From Dimorphilus gyrociliatus (Eukaryota > Animalia > Annelida): a DNA stretch of 64,000 nt. Under the pieces are notes generated by a model. It searched no databases. It had not been told where the DNA came from and saw nothing but the letters and a program-made list of their open reading frames with translations. Position 1 is the stretch's first letter. Each line of letters begins with the position of its first letter. Both the position numbers and the translations under genes were made by a program. Positions 13,586 to 26,900 of the stretch are shown here, in pieces. The stretch covers positions 426,916-490,915 of the forward strand of contig CAJFCJ010000020.1 in assembly GCA_904063045.1 (NCBI GenBank). Reading direction: 5' to 3'.

Positions 13586-14240
13586 ATTTAAACTACAAAA
13601 CTTTTGAAATGTTAATGTAAAAGTAAATACAATAATACAGCGTTCAGTACAAAATGAATTAATATAATAATCACCTTAATTACTACTTGAAGGGAAAACA
13701 AAGAAACAACTCTTAAACAATAAACTATTTGCACATTTTGAGCACAAGCACTTTTAACCCCTCCTCTTTCTCACTATGTTCTACTTGATTTATCTACTTT
13801 ACCTAATAAATTATTATTGTATAAAATACATAAATAAAAGCTATTGACCAGACTAAAAAAGGAAAAATAAGGTCTCAAGTCCTAGTTATTAATCGTTTAT
13901 GCTTCTTTTCAAATTTATAGAGAGGTTTAACAAAGAAAACTGGAATGAGGAGAATATTTTTTATACTAATACTAATAAGAACGTAATGCTTACTCAATAA
14001 AATATGTATGGATTATGTATTTTATTAATGACAAAAAAGAATTTAATGTAAGAAAGAGACGTTCCTTGAAATGCAGAGAAAAGCTTTCTTGCTAAAAGTA
14101 GAATATAAAAATCGTATGAACCCTTCATACGTTCAATATTTCTATCAACTAATTAAACAACTTAGGAAGTAAACTAGCCACCCTTCCAGTATTTCCTTTT
14201 TGCTCTATTTTCTCCTTCTACACTCTCTCTATCCTTTTCT

Positions 14241-14248
<8 letters not shown>

Positions 14249-14280
<32 letters not shown>
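14249..14280. repeat. (CT)n microsatellite between the two DUF4239-like genes
   Basis: About 16 CT units, read directly. Confidence 0.9.
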
Positions 14281-14284
<4 letters not shown>

Positions 14285-14730
14285 CTCAATGTATCTATCT
14301 ATTTATCTATCTTCTATTTCTTTTACATTCCAAATTTCTGTATTATTCTTTCCTATGTTCGCATTATTCTATTGAATGAAATTACTCTTTTTTATCTATA
14401 ATTCGATCTGAATTCGAAGAATATTTGAAAAGACTTTATTTTATTTTTACAGCGATCTTTTCATTTATTGATGCAAGTTCCTGTCTTGTTACCAGTCTTT
14501 TCTTAAAAAATTCCAATATTTCCAATTTCTAATTTTGATAATAATGCATAGATCAAAAGTATTTATAATTCATTATAATTAATAGATCAAGAACAGCTAA
14601 AATTATATATGCATGATAATTAGAACCGCCTACTGGAACGAACGTCAAATCTATAGATTACAGGCTTGCAGTTACGACTACATATTTTTAGTATAAGCAG
14701 GTAGAAGTTACAACCTGTTTTCCACCAATA

Positions 14731-16791
14731 ATGAATATTTCTAAAGGATCTCTAAGACGTATTCTTGCTTCTAATTTACATATTCCCGAACCTGAGAGTG
14801 GCCAAAAAGGTTATTGTACTGGCAAATTGGATCCTAATGACAGACCAAGCCTATGGGAGATATTTATACCGCCTTTCGGTTTGACATGTATAATATTTTT
14901 TGGTAAGTTAAAAACAATTTGCTACTCTTTTGCATTTTACAGTCTGCAACTTCTTTCAATAAATGTTTGCTGTTTTAAAACTATAAAAACACTTAGGCCT
15001 ATTCTGTTTATGGTTGAAAGATTTCATAAAAGATTGTCAATTTGGAAGGAAAGATTTACAACCGACCTCCTACTCGGAAGAGGAAATTGAAAACATGAAA
15101 AGGGAATGTAATGGTAATGAAGTTCATAATGAAAACATTACTAAACGAGCTCTTTATTCAGATTTTGATTTAGAGGTAGGTTAACGAAAGGTTAATGAAT
15201 ATTAAACAAAGAGAATAGAATTATTCATATTCAATTATGAGAGTTGCAGATAGTGTAAAATATTATAAATTGATCATTAGTATTTTTGCAGAAAAGGAAA
15301 ATTTTCTTTTTTTTTTGTTGCATGATCTAAAAATGATTTCCTGGACTTATTTTTTTAGCATTTAATTAATAATTAGAGTGCTATTGATTTATTTAATATA
15401 TTATTCTGTCTATATGTATTAGATTTTTTTTTCTCTCTTTTCCAGGTATTAGACGATTTCATTCTAAATACAAACCATCCAAAAAATCTTATAGCAATAG
15501 CTATTCCACCAATTGCTTCTCTTGTCTGTTGTACTATCTTACTATTCATTTATACGCCTATGATTGATTGTTTATGGCCAGAAGTGAAAAAACCAGATAT
15601 CAATACAGGAATTTCATGTTTCCTAGGTTCTATATTTAATTAACTTGCGAAAAAATTTCATTTTTCTAATAATTCTAATTTTCTTATCTTTAGCACCAGC
15701 CGGTTTAGTTTATGCTTTATCTTTTGGTTTTATGTTCCAACAAACCTATGGCAAACAAACGGAAATTCTGACTAAAGTCACTCACGAATTTAGTTTACTT
15801 GATCAGATTTTAACAATGTCAAAATCGTTAAAATTACCAACTCAAAAGCATTTATTGGCTTTATACAAATCAGTTAAGAACGAAGCAATTTTCACTATTC
15901 TTCAACTGCAAAATGACAAAGATGTGGAATCGTTTAGAAATCAACCTCCCATTGATATCAAAGGTTTAGACTTATTTCCTATTAATTTTACCCCACTTGA
16001 AGATTACTTTAATATAATTTAATAACTAGTTCAAATATGGAACATTATCGACATCTTGAGAGACGCTTCACTTCATCCCGAAACAAAATTTAACGTCAAC
16101 AGTGTACTTTGCGACAAGATGATCAGTTACATTATCGAACTAAATAATATTTGTGTTGATCGAATGGGTACAATACATAGTCGAATTCACCCAATTAAGT
16201 AATATTTTTCCATAATTCATTAACTAGTATTTAATAATATTTCTCCATCGAAGATGGATATTTTTGGAAAGTTTAGGATTGGCTGCACTTTTTGGTGTGA
16301 CAGTCGTTGACGCCCAATCAAGAAGAATGGAATTGGCTATGTGTGAATTAACAATTTTCTCTGTAAGCTTTAAAGATATAATTTTTTTAACTAATATAGC
16401 ATAGTTAATTATTTAAAGTGGTTTTTTCTGTATTTCAATATTAATCGACATATATATATACCTTTATCATATGTATATATATACAGTATATACTTTATTA
16501 ATATAGATATATATATATATGTATATATAGGTTAGTATGCTGTGTTTTGTCCTGGCTGATCTGGATTATCCATTTCATGGTTTCTTTCGCATTGATTTAT
16601 CGGTACTGCCGGACGTTGTGAAGAGGATAGAGACTCTTTATGAAGAAGCTAAAAGCGTTATGGAGAAAGAAGAGGAAGTAATCCAGTGTTTAAATTCCAC
16701 AATGGCAAAAAAGTTTCTCAATGGCTATCAGGAATCAATGAACGTGAATAGAGGTGATAAAGAAAACACGGACGAAAAGTCATCGGTTTAA
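14731..16791 (+). CDS. DUF4239/bestrophin-like multipass membrane protein, paralog 2 (446 aa from ATG 14731; true 5' end uncertain)
   Basis: Seven phase-consistent exons: 14731-14902, 14997-15175, 15446-15626, 15694-15963, 16030-16198, 16254-16362 and 16531-16791 (1341 nt). Collinear similarity with paralog 1: RPSLWEIFIPPF vs RPSMWEIILPPF, FDLEV, CFLAPAGLVY, IWN-I-DILR, RIHP-KW-FLE-LG, and DLDYPFHGFFRIDLSVLPD. Confidence 0.8.
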
Positions 16792-19700
16792 AAAATCACA
16801 ATTTGAAAAGAGAAACCTGCACAAATATAATTACAAACTCTTGCACTTGAGAGTTTTTAACACTTAGCATTCAACGATAAAGAGAAATGTAAATGACGTT
16901 CAATAATATATAAATAAATATATTATATATAACTCTCTATGTTCTACGATAAATTCAATACATTTAGAAGAAAGACAAGCCTCTTTTACAAAATGACAAA
17001 GTGCAATTTATGATCAGTCTAGGCTTTTAAAATACTTATAAACGAATAAAAACAACAACAATTCTAATAATTAATTAAGGGATTTTTCTTGTTTATTACC
17101 TCTTAAAATGATATAAATAAGACAATAGTATTAGTAATACAAATCTTATCTTATTTAGGTCTTTCATTACATACAGAATATTTTCATATTCTTGAAAAAA
17201 TTTGAATCTTACCAATAACTCATGTAGTTCTATTTTCTATTTATTTTATCCATGTTTATTTACTCAAGTAGTATGTTTTACTTGAATAAATCAATAGCAA
17301 ATAGTTCAATTATCACTTGTGAAATACTGTATCTATATATGTATGTACAAACAAAAGCAAAGTAATAAAAAAAACAATACTTTCTTTGAAAAGGAAAAAT
17401 TAAAATATATTAAACATTCTTAATTCTAAATTTAGCGAATCCTCTAAGTGTAATACAATAATTATATATCAAACAGAAATTATCTCTAAATGGATATTTC
17501 TACTTTGCCTTATTTCTTTATATTATCTCCTCAAAAATATGTAGAAAGGTATATTTTCTGGTTCCTTCAACTTTTGTTATCTACTGAAAGAATATTTTAC
17601 TTAAGAGATTATATCAAATTTCAAAAGGAATTAGATAAGTTTTCCTTTTTACTTTGCATAAAGGAATTAATAATAGAATTCTCACTACTTACGTTCTCAA
17701 AAGGGAATATTCTTACTTTGAGAAATAGCCTTTTTTTATCCTTGATTATAGGTAGAAATACGTAATATTTGAAAAATAGGAGACTGTACTACGCATTATC
17801 TAAATGGACTCGGTGTTTTGTTATTTTAATTAAGATACAGATGTGAATGAAAAGGTACATTTTCTTGGTGTTTTTAAGTCATTACCTTAAGTCATTTACC
17901 GTCCCTTCATTGTAATACCATGATAATAGCATATTTACAAGTAAACTATATATATTTTACAGATATATTCAATTATTCTCTTCTAATTAATTTTCTCCAG
18001 TGAACAATTAATAAAGTAATTAAAAAAGTCTAAATCTAATTATTATGAACTAATAACTTTTCCGTTTCTTGTTTCCATGGCACCATATCAAAATACAGAT
18101 ATAATTCTATTTGCGGTATATATATACTGAATATATATATATGTTTATAACTATATGCAACCTAATCTTAATAGAGTGCAAAATTAATTATGAGCGTCAT
18201 AACCGTTGTCTTGAATACGCCATCTAGTATTTTGGAATGAAACTATTTTCCCCGTGTTTTCATATTGTGTAATTTATTTACATAAAGTTTTGTTAATTTT
18301 AGTATATAGCTAATTTCCAGTAATAGATATTCAAAAAATTTGAATATTTTATATTTTCAAGTGAATAGCAAATAGGGTCAATGTTGGTTTGTTGTTGTAA
18401 TATTCTTATTTTTGCGCCTGATATTTATATTCTATGGGAAAAAGTCGCATTGGAAACATAGTATTATTTTATATTTGAACTATGATGTTATATAAATTTA
18501 TTACTATTGAATTTGATAGTCGCCATCTATTGGAATTTTCATTCTACAGAGGAATAAAAATTTCTGTTCTAATTTCCCTCTTCATATGTTTTGTAATAAT
18601 GAACATAAAAAGTTTAAGATCAATTCGAAAACATAATTTGAATAGGTTTGTCAATTGTGTATGTGTTCATTGACGAAACGATCGGTAAACTTTTAAAAAA
18701 ACCGATAAATTCATGGAAGAACATTAGGTAGGAAAAATCTTTCTTCACTTTTCCCAATATTCTCTACTCCTTGAATTTTAGATCAATGAGTTATAAATTT
18801 ATGAAATTTTTCTGACCTCCTAATGTCCTATTTACTAAAATACATAACGTCGCTGGGTAATGCAAGTATAAAAGAGGTGACGAATAAATAAACTGTAATA
18901 TCAAGCTTTCTGGCAAAAGTAAATAGAAATAATTAATCATCGATCAGTTAACTATTGAAAATTTTACTGTATAGGTCGTTTCGATTAGTAAGGTATTTAT
19001 TTGTTTGAAAAACGTTCATTCAGAAAATGAAATTTATCCAACAATCGGGATAGTAATTTGAATATTATTATAAAGATATTGAATGATAATAAAGCCGACA
19101 ATAAGAAAAGTTTACTCCTTGAACAGCTCTACTCAAAGCTCCTTTCTCTTTCATTGATTATGTATGATCGTTTAAGGGAGAATATTAATAGAATTCCTTT
19201 AATATAGTAGAGTTTTTCAAACTGAATGTATTTAATTTGGCTGGTCTATGTTTATCTATATTTCTTTTATCTCTTTCAGATATTTGTTTCTAATCACATT
19301 GGCCTATTTACCCTTCTTTTGCATATTTAACAACAAATTTAATTCGTCAATATGACATTATATACCCTAAAATAGTCTTTGCTATATATTATATCTGTGT
19401 AAAATCTCGGTGGAATATTTAAACTTGGTCTAATAATTTTTAATTCATCAATATTTAATCTATAATCCTTTTATATGAGACAATCTACACTCCCAGACGT
19501 ATATTTGCCATTATATTCAAAGTAAGACGCAAATTGATCCAAAAAAAAAGAAATTAATTAAATACAGAAAACAGAATGTTTAGCCATTAGTTTATTCATT
19601 TTTTTGGAAATAGTTTATTAATATTTAAAGTATAAGATAACCTATTTTGTATCTTTTGAATTATAATAAATATTTATGCTTTGGGAATATATTCAGTTTT

Positions 19701-20961
19701 TAACATTTAAGACTACTATCATGTGTACTATTACATTTTTATGATAAATGTTCTCTTATTGATTGATGTATCATCCTATTTGTTATTATGTTATGCAAAA
19801 AAATAAACAGGCCTATAAATGTTAACTTTAACAATTTTTTTATATTATTATATATCTCCTTATGACTATTATATACATTTTAATATTCTTATCTAGATAT
19901 TCATAGTCTATTCATGGTCGTTTGTCGCTTGTTAAACAAATTGAAAGAGAAGCAATTGCTTCATAAAATATTATTTGGTTAACCTAAATAGAAATAAAAT
20001 AAAAAAATAAGAGATAATAATGAATATTAAATATTTTTTCATTGGATTTTTAACCTGAGCGAACGGTTGGCAAACATTTTTCATGGTTTTAATATTCGGA
20101 TTAACTCCCATATATTCTAGAATGACTGAATTTTCATTTCTTAACTTAAAGCTCAGTGGACACTTTCATCTTTAGTCTCTTTCTCTTAGCTTATAATATA
20201 TTTCATACTTCTATAGAAAAATGTACAGTTTGACTTAATATACAGCAATAAACTGGAACAGTTTTAGGAAAAAGATAGAATAATTTAATACACCTTGAAA
20301 ATAATAATAATAGTAGAGTGTATATATATATATATATATTTATATGTAAATGTATATACTTTATATATAAATATACATTTGTTTATATAAGCAAAAAAAT
20401 CTAAAAGGAAGACAAATGAAATGCTTTGATCACACACAATTTCATTGCGTTTTTGAAGTTGCTTGTGCAGTATTCAAGATTTTGCACTACGTAATACTCT
20501 CAACAACGTAGCAGTCTATGATTTCTGCATTCAGAGTTTTTGTAAAGAAGAAAATTTCTTATTTTTTTTTGTTTGTTTTGTTTGTGTTGTTTGTTTTTGT
20601 TTTTTAATAGAATTAAACTAAAAAAATTAAACATATAATCGCTTCATAATTTTTCCTTTTTCTTGTTATTTTTTCCCTTCTCTTCGTCACTTTTTGTTAA
20701 TTTTTTGAAAAAAAAGGATAACAAAGAAGAGAAAACGAGGAAAAAATGAAAAATGAAAAAGAAACTATTTGATAAAGAAAAAAAAAGAGAAAAAAAATTA
20801 ATAGTTTTTTTGCTGCAGGACAAATTTTGTTTCTCCTTCTTTTTTAGTTAGTTTGTTTCGTTTTTAGGTTTATCTTCTTAGATTTATTATTCATTAGTGT
20901 AAATATATCTTTTTTTTCACTTGAAACTCTTCTCATTTCTATTTTGTAATCAATTTTTATT

Positions 20962-23900
20962 TTAGAGATCATCTTCATTCTTCTCTGAAGGCAATGATAT
21001 ACTTGTATCAGCTGTCGGTACTTTAAGCCTATTTGATAGTTTAGACGCTCTTCTTTGAGCTATTGCAAAGCTTCCTGCTTGCGATGCTTGAGAGTCTCTC
21101 CTCTGACTCCAGATACTAGATGATCTGGTTAGGCTTTTATTTTTTTGATCCATAGCCATCTGAGTAATCCTCCTAATACTTACCTCGGCTTTGTGCTTTT
21201 TCCAAGCTCGTTGCAAAGTTCTAGCAGCTACATCTTCTTTTTTCCTTCTCATTGTAGTTGTCGTTTGAAGGAATTGTACTCGTGTTGGGAATTGTTCCTT
21301 AAATTTGCTCTCCATTTGTTGTTTAAGTTGTTGGAACTCGTTGGTCACTTCTACTTCTCCCAAAACATGACGAACCAATGCAATAAGTATATCTAAACAA
21401 TGGAGACGGTCTCCTTCCACAATTGGTAAGTCGAAGGACACTAATGCTATTTCATTTGGCTTAGAAATTCCTAAAGGTGGATCTAAATCACCCACAAAGT
21501 CCGACAAATGTTCATATTTAATAAATTGGGTAGCATGCGGATCATACTTCTCCCAAACCATATAAAACATGTCAAAGTCATCTTCGGTAATACCAACCTC
21601 TTCTTGATCGTGAGCTTGGTGGAAATTTTCAAGTATTATAGCAATGTACATATTAATTATAATTAAATAAGTGATAAATATATAGGACACCATAAACGCA
21701 ATGGCAATAAATGAATTGGAGCAATTTCCCCCATTGGTCTTTTCCCATCTACCATCCGGCCTTTGCCAATGGGTTGTATTACAATCAGGAGCCTCCGATA
21801 CCAGCATGGGATACAAAACATCATTCCATCCAGCCGCCGTTGTTAAACGGAACAGCAGTAACAAAGCATTGGGGAATGTTTGAAAGTTCATAATGTCGTC
21901 AATATGATCTCCATGTTTAATTTTCCCAAATTGACTCATACCAAAGATAGCATAGATAAACATAATCAAGAATAATAGCATAAATATGTTGAATAAAGCT
22001 GGAAGAGATATTACGAGGGCGAACAATAATTTCCTTATTCCTTTTGCAACTTTAATAAGTCTTAGAACTCGGCCAATTCGGAATACTCTTACTACTCTTA
22101 ACAAAGTTGGATTTATGAAGACAGATCGAAGAACATCCGATAAGACGACACCTAAAAGAAAAGATAGCAAAAATTTTATATTATGTTATCGCTTGTTGTT
22201 CGTAAATGATAAGCATTCATTCATTCACTCGTTCATTCATCTTTCTTCTCTTCTTTAGACGCCATCGAAAAAAAAAACTAAAAAACATATAGCACTTTCA
22301 ACAAAGCAACAACAACATTTAACAATTAAACCAGTACAGTTTGTGAATTGCTTATAACGTGTACTTAACATACATAGGCTGTAACAATCTTGTTTGTTTC
22401 ACAATTGCAATAAAAAATATTGTACTTGTAATAGTGCTTGTATAGTGCGCCACCTAGTGATATAAACTTAAAAGATTTAAGAAATTTTAAATACTTGTTC
22501 TTTTTCAATTCTTTTTAATGCATAAAAGTTATTTTTGTTTTTTTTTAAAAAAAACAAAGCCAAATTTGAAAAAACAAAGAAGTGTAAAAAAATTTCCATT
22601 ATTGTATCAAAGTCTCTTTTTTTATAGGGTAAAAAATATAGAAAGAGGCTATTTTGTTATTCTCTTCTTTTCCTTTCAATAGGAAAAGGAAAAGAAAGAA
22701 ATAACATTGAGAGATTAAGAAATTTGAGAGAGAGAGAGAGGAATAAAAACACAAAAATTCTAAAAAATAAAAACAATAAAAGACGTTTAATGTTTACAAA
22801 TATACGTTCAAAGCATGTTTTGCGGTGAGACAACTCTTTAGTATATATATATATATATTTCTATATATATATATATATTGGTATATATACAAACATATAT
22901 ATTGATATGTACAATGACAAAAAATTGTATAATTACCAGCGGCACTATCTGCAAAAATTATAGTGAGGTATATATTTTCTTATGTATATCTTTTCGTTCA
23001 TTTGTTATATTTTGCTACTTAATTATATACTGTATATATATACAGATGAAGGTAAAAATATCTACTATATACTATATACAAATAATATGCTAAATTTGTA
23101 TAGAATACCATAATTCTTTAAAAGCATACAAGTTAAACTATCATACAAAATAGAAATGAAAAACAGACGAAGATGTTGAGAATCATTTATAGTTGACATT
23201 ATCATGACGGTAGTAATAGCTCTAAATTGAAAGATTCATAAAAGTAAACACATCCTTACCAACTATTGATAAGACAACAATTATAAAATCGAAAACGTTC
23301 CAAGCTCTTCTAAAGTAATGCCATCTTAAACCGAATATCTTTACTGCAGCTTCCAAAGTAAATATTGTTACAAATATTAAATTAATAACTTCTAAAGCAT
23401 CTGTAACTGCTTGAGATTGCTTGTAGTGTTCAATTGCCATACAAAGCATGTTTAATAGAATTAGCACTACAACAGCTAATTCAAATTTTGTGCTAATAGC
23501 AACATCAAAGATAAAAGCTTGAATTTTATGCTAAAAATATAAAGACAAAATGATATGTTAATCGTTATGAATTACATAATACATAAAGTTGTTTTTTTCA
23601 TAATTATTATAATTAACAATAACCTTTGGGCGTTTAATGGTTTTCTGAGGTTTTTTATTGCCGAGTTTCTTCATTGTATTCATGTAATTCTTCTGACTTG
23701 AAGTTAGAAACATATCTAAATAACTGCCTTCGTACTGACAAAGGGATAATAAATCAATTATTAGTTGATATTTAAAAGGAAGATAAGTAAACTTACTTTT
23801 TTCTTGAGCATATTAAAGTTATCAATAATAACACCAATGAATAAATTCAAAGTAAAAAACGATCCAACCAGAATGAATACTACAAAATATGCATAGTAGC

Positions 23901-26900
23901 CTAAATTATTTTCTCTAATCGGTTGTAAGTCAATCTAAAATAAAAATAATACAATTAATAGCAATAACAATAATAATAACAATGATGAATAATTGAAAAC
24001 AAATGAAATAATTTGTTACATCAGTTGAGTCTACGGCATCCTCCATAATTTCCATCCAACCTTCAAAGGTCGCTACTTGAAATAACGCTAGATAGCCGTG
24101 TAATACATTATCAAAATGTATTGGAGCATTTTTCCATCGTAGACCTTCAGCAAGACATGTCTTTTTGTCGGGTATATAGGTTGTATTTGCTATTTTCACA
24201 TCATTGCTATCAACACATCTGTAGAACTTTCCGCCGAGTAGCTAATTATTAAATTTGCAGAAAATTTTAAATACCAAAGAATTATTAAATACAATATGTA
24301 TGATATAATACCTGAACACCTGCAATACTGAATACCAACCAGAATACAAAACAGACTAGCAATACGTTAAAGATGGATGGAATTGCGTACATCAAAGCAT
24401 TAACAACGATCTAATTGAGCATTTTATTAGAATTTATATCATCACATACAGATTTTACGTACTCTCATTCCTTGCCATCGCGATATAGCTCGTAAAGGTC
24501 TTAAAGCTCTTAATGTTCTCAACGATTTAAAAGAGGAGATAGACGATGCACCAATTGAGTCAGCTGCCAAACTGATAATTGATATCTGTATAATAATGTA
24601 ATAGTTTATTGATAAAAGAATTCGTCTAATGATGAAAAGTTTTAAAAATGATTAATTATTATTACTGACCACAACAATAGCAAAATCTAAAAGGGTCCAA
24701 AAACTACTGAAATATTTCTTAAATCCAATGGCAACCCATTTAAGTAACATTTCAACTGTGAATATTATTACAAAGATAATATTTAAATAGTATAGAGCAT
24801 CCTTTAATTGCTTTCTATCCGGGTCATCCAGGTATACATCCTCAAAGCACTTGAAATAATATGACAAAAAATATATTAATTAATATTTATTAATTGATTA
24901 ATTTTGAATTCTTACCAGTGAAATACTACTTGCAAAGATAATAAAGAGGATTGTATATTCAAATATTTTATTCTCTGTAATCGTAAAGCATATTTCCCTC
25001 ATCTTATTCCACTTCGGTGCGTGTTTAGAATTTTGAAGAGTATTGCATAATTTTATTCTGAGAAAATTGTAAAATATTAATGAATTTCTTAATCTATATG
25101 ATATATTTAATTAAATTTAAAGAGGAAAGATAAGATAATAAGCTAGGAAAGAGTGAAAGAGAAAAAATCGAGTCTTACTTTGAATAGCATATTGCAGGAC
25201 AACAGTCTTGTATTGCTTTGTCTTGTTCCTCTTCCTCTTGTTCGTTTCTTCTTCTTTCCTCCTCAATTTCAAAAATAGAACGAGGTGTACTACTCGATTT
25301 TGCGTCCGTATTCTCCGAATCGTTAGAATTTTCTATCTTGCTCTGTTGTAGGCTTAGAAACAATTTACTCTTTGTGCTTTTCATCTCTTCATTATCCTGG
25401 TGGACAGAACCATTCGCAGGGGAAGACTGTGGTTGACTAGTATCTAAATCACTAGTTGGAGTGACTTCCCCATTTTGTTTTGGTTTATCTTTACTAGTTT
25501 CTGTAAAAATAATTAAAGCATTTCAATTGGTATGTGTAGAAAAAGAATAAAACGGAAATAGAGATAATGTTTACCGTCAACGTTCGTGACAGATACGGAC
25601 GGAACTAAATTGTTTATGGACGAAGAATCAGTTACGTTAAGCTTTTCACTTGATTTTGAAAGTTGATTCTGTCGTAGGACCTGTGCAATATCGGCTACCG
25701 ATAACTTTTTTGGCTTATTATTATCTGGTTCGACGGATCTCTTTTTAAATAGAGATTGAATTCGTTTCCAACCCTGTCTCATCCTTGAATCCTCTTTAAC
25801 ATCCTGGTCTCTCTTTAGGGAATCGCTGGCGAAAGAGTTGAGCAAGAGAGCAAGGAAAAGACTCAAAACCATAAAATTACCCAAAATTAATGTTGGCATA
25901 AAAACAACCATACAGGTTTGTCCAGCCGCTCTCATACAATCCCACAAGGGTTCTATCCATTCCCCACACAATATCCGAAAAACTAGGATAATTGAATGGC
26001 CAAAATCGTCGAAATTCCATCTATATAATATAAATTGCAAAGAAGAAATATATATATATTATTTGTATGTTAAAAAACGGAAACAAAGGAATAAATAGAA
26101 ATCGATATAATTAATCAAAGATAATCTTTGTTGAAAAGCGATTTTTAAATGCATATTTTTTTTGCTATAAAAAAGGTGGAGAGGAGGAGAGAAAGAAGTT
26201 ATTATTGTAATTGTCGCCAATCAATAAAGATATTTTATTCATTGACTATATCAATAATTACCTTGGTTTCTCATCTGGATAGAATTTACTGGGTGAGTAA
26301 CTATCTCTAAATAATTGCATACCAATTACTGCAAATATATAGATAACAATGCATAAAATAAGCGTCAAATGTCCCAACGCTCCAAGAGTACTTAGGATAA
26401 TCTGAAGTAACATTCTCATTGTCTGCCATGTCTGAGCCAATTTGAATACACGTAACAAACGGAGTAGACGAAAAGTCCTAATTACACTTAAGCCTTTTAC
26501 ACTCTCGAGTCCTAAATCAATGATACTGGCAATTACCACAACAGCGTCAAAGAGATTCCAAGCCGACTTGAAGTATACTTTGGAGTAAGCGAATAGTTTT
26601 AATAGAGCCTCAGCTACGAATATTGAAGTAAATATATAGTTGGACACTTGAAGAGTCAAAACGTAATGACTATTCATTTCGTGATGTTCTAAAGCCATAA
26701 TTAACGTATTAGCCAAAATACAAATAGTGATGAATATTTCAAATATAACATCGGAGACAATTTTGAAGAGAAAATTTTGTATTCTCAGCCACGTTACAAA
26801 ATTCGAAGAGCAACATGTCGAGCAGCACTCGCAGTTTCTATCTAATAGTTCATCATCCGAATCAGCATCTATATAAAAGAAACAAAAACCAAAACATACA

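Noticed and set aside
21145-22258. Plus-strand ORFs (21145, 21701, 21711, 21986), and similarly 25218, 25838, 38787, 48449, 48547, 50158, 51446 and 63590
   Set aside because: Antisense shadows of channel, cyclase or death-domain exons with no independent support.
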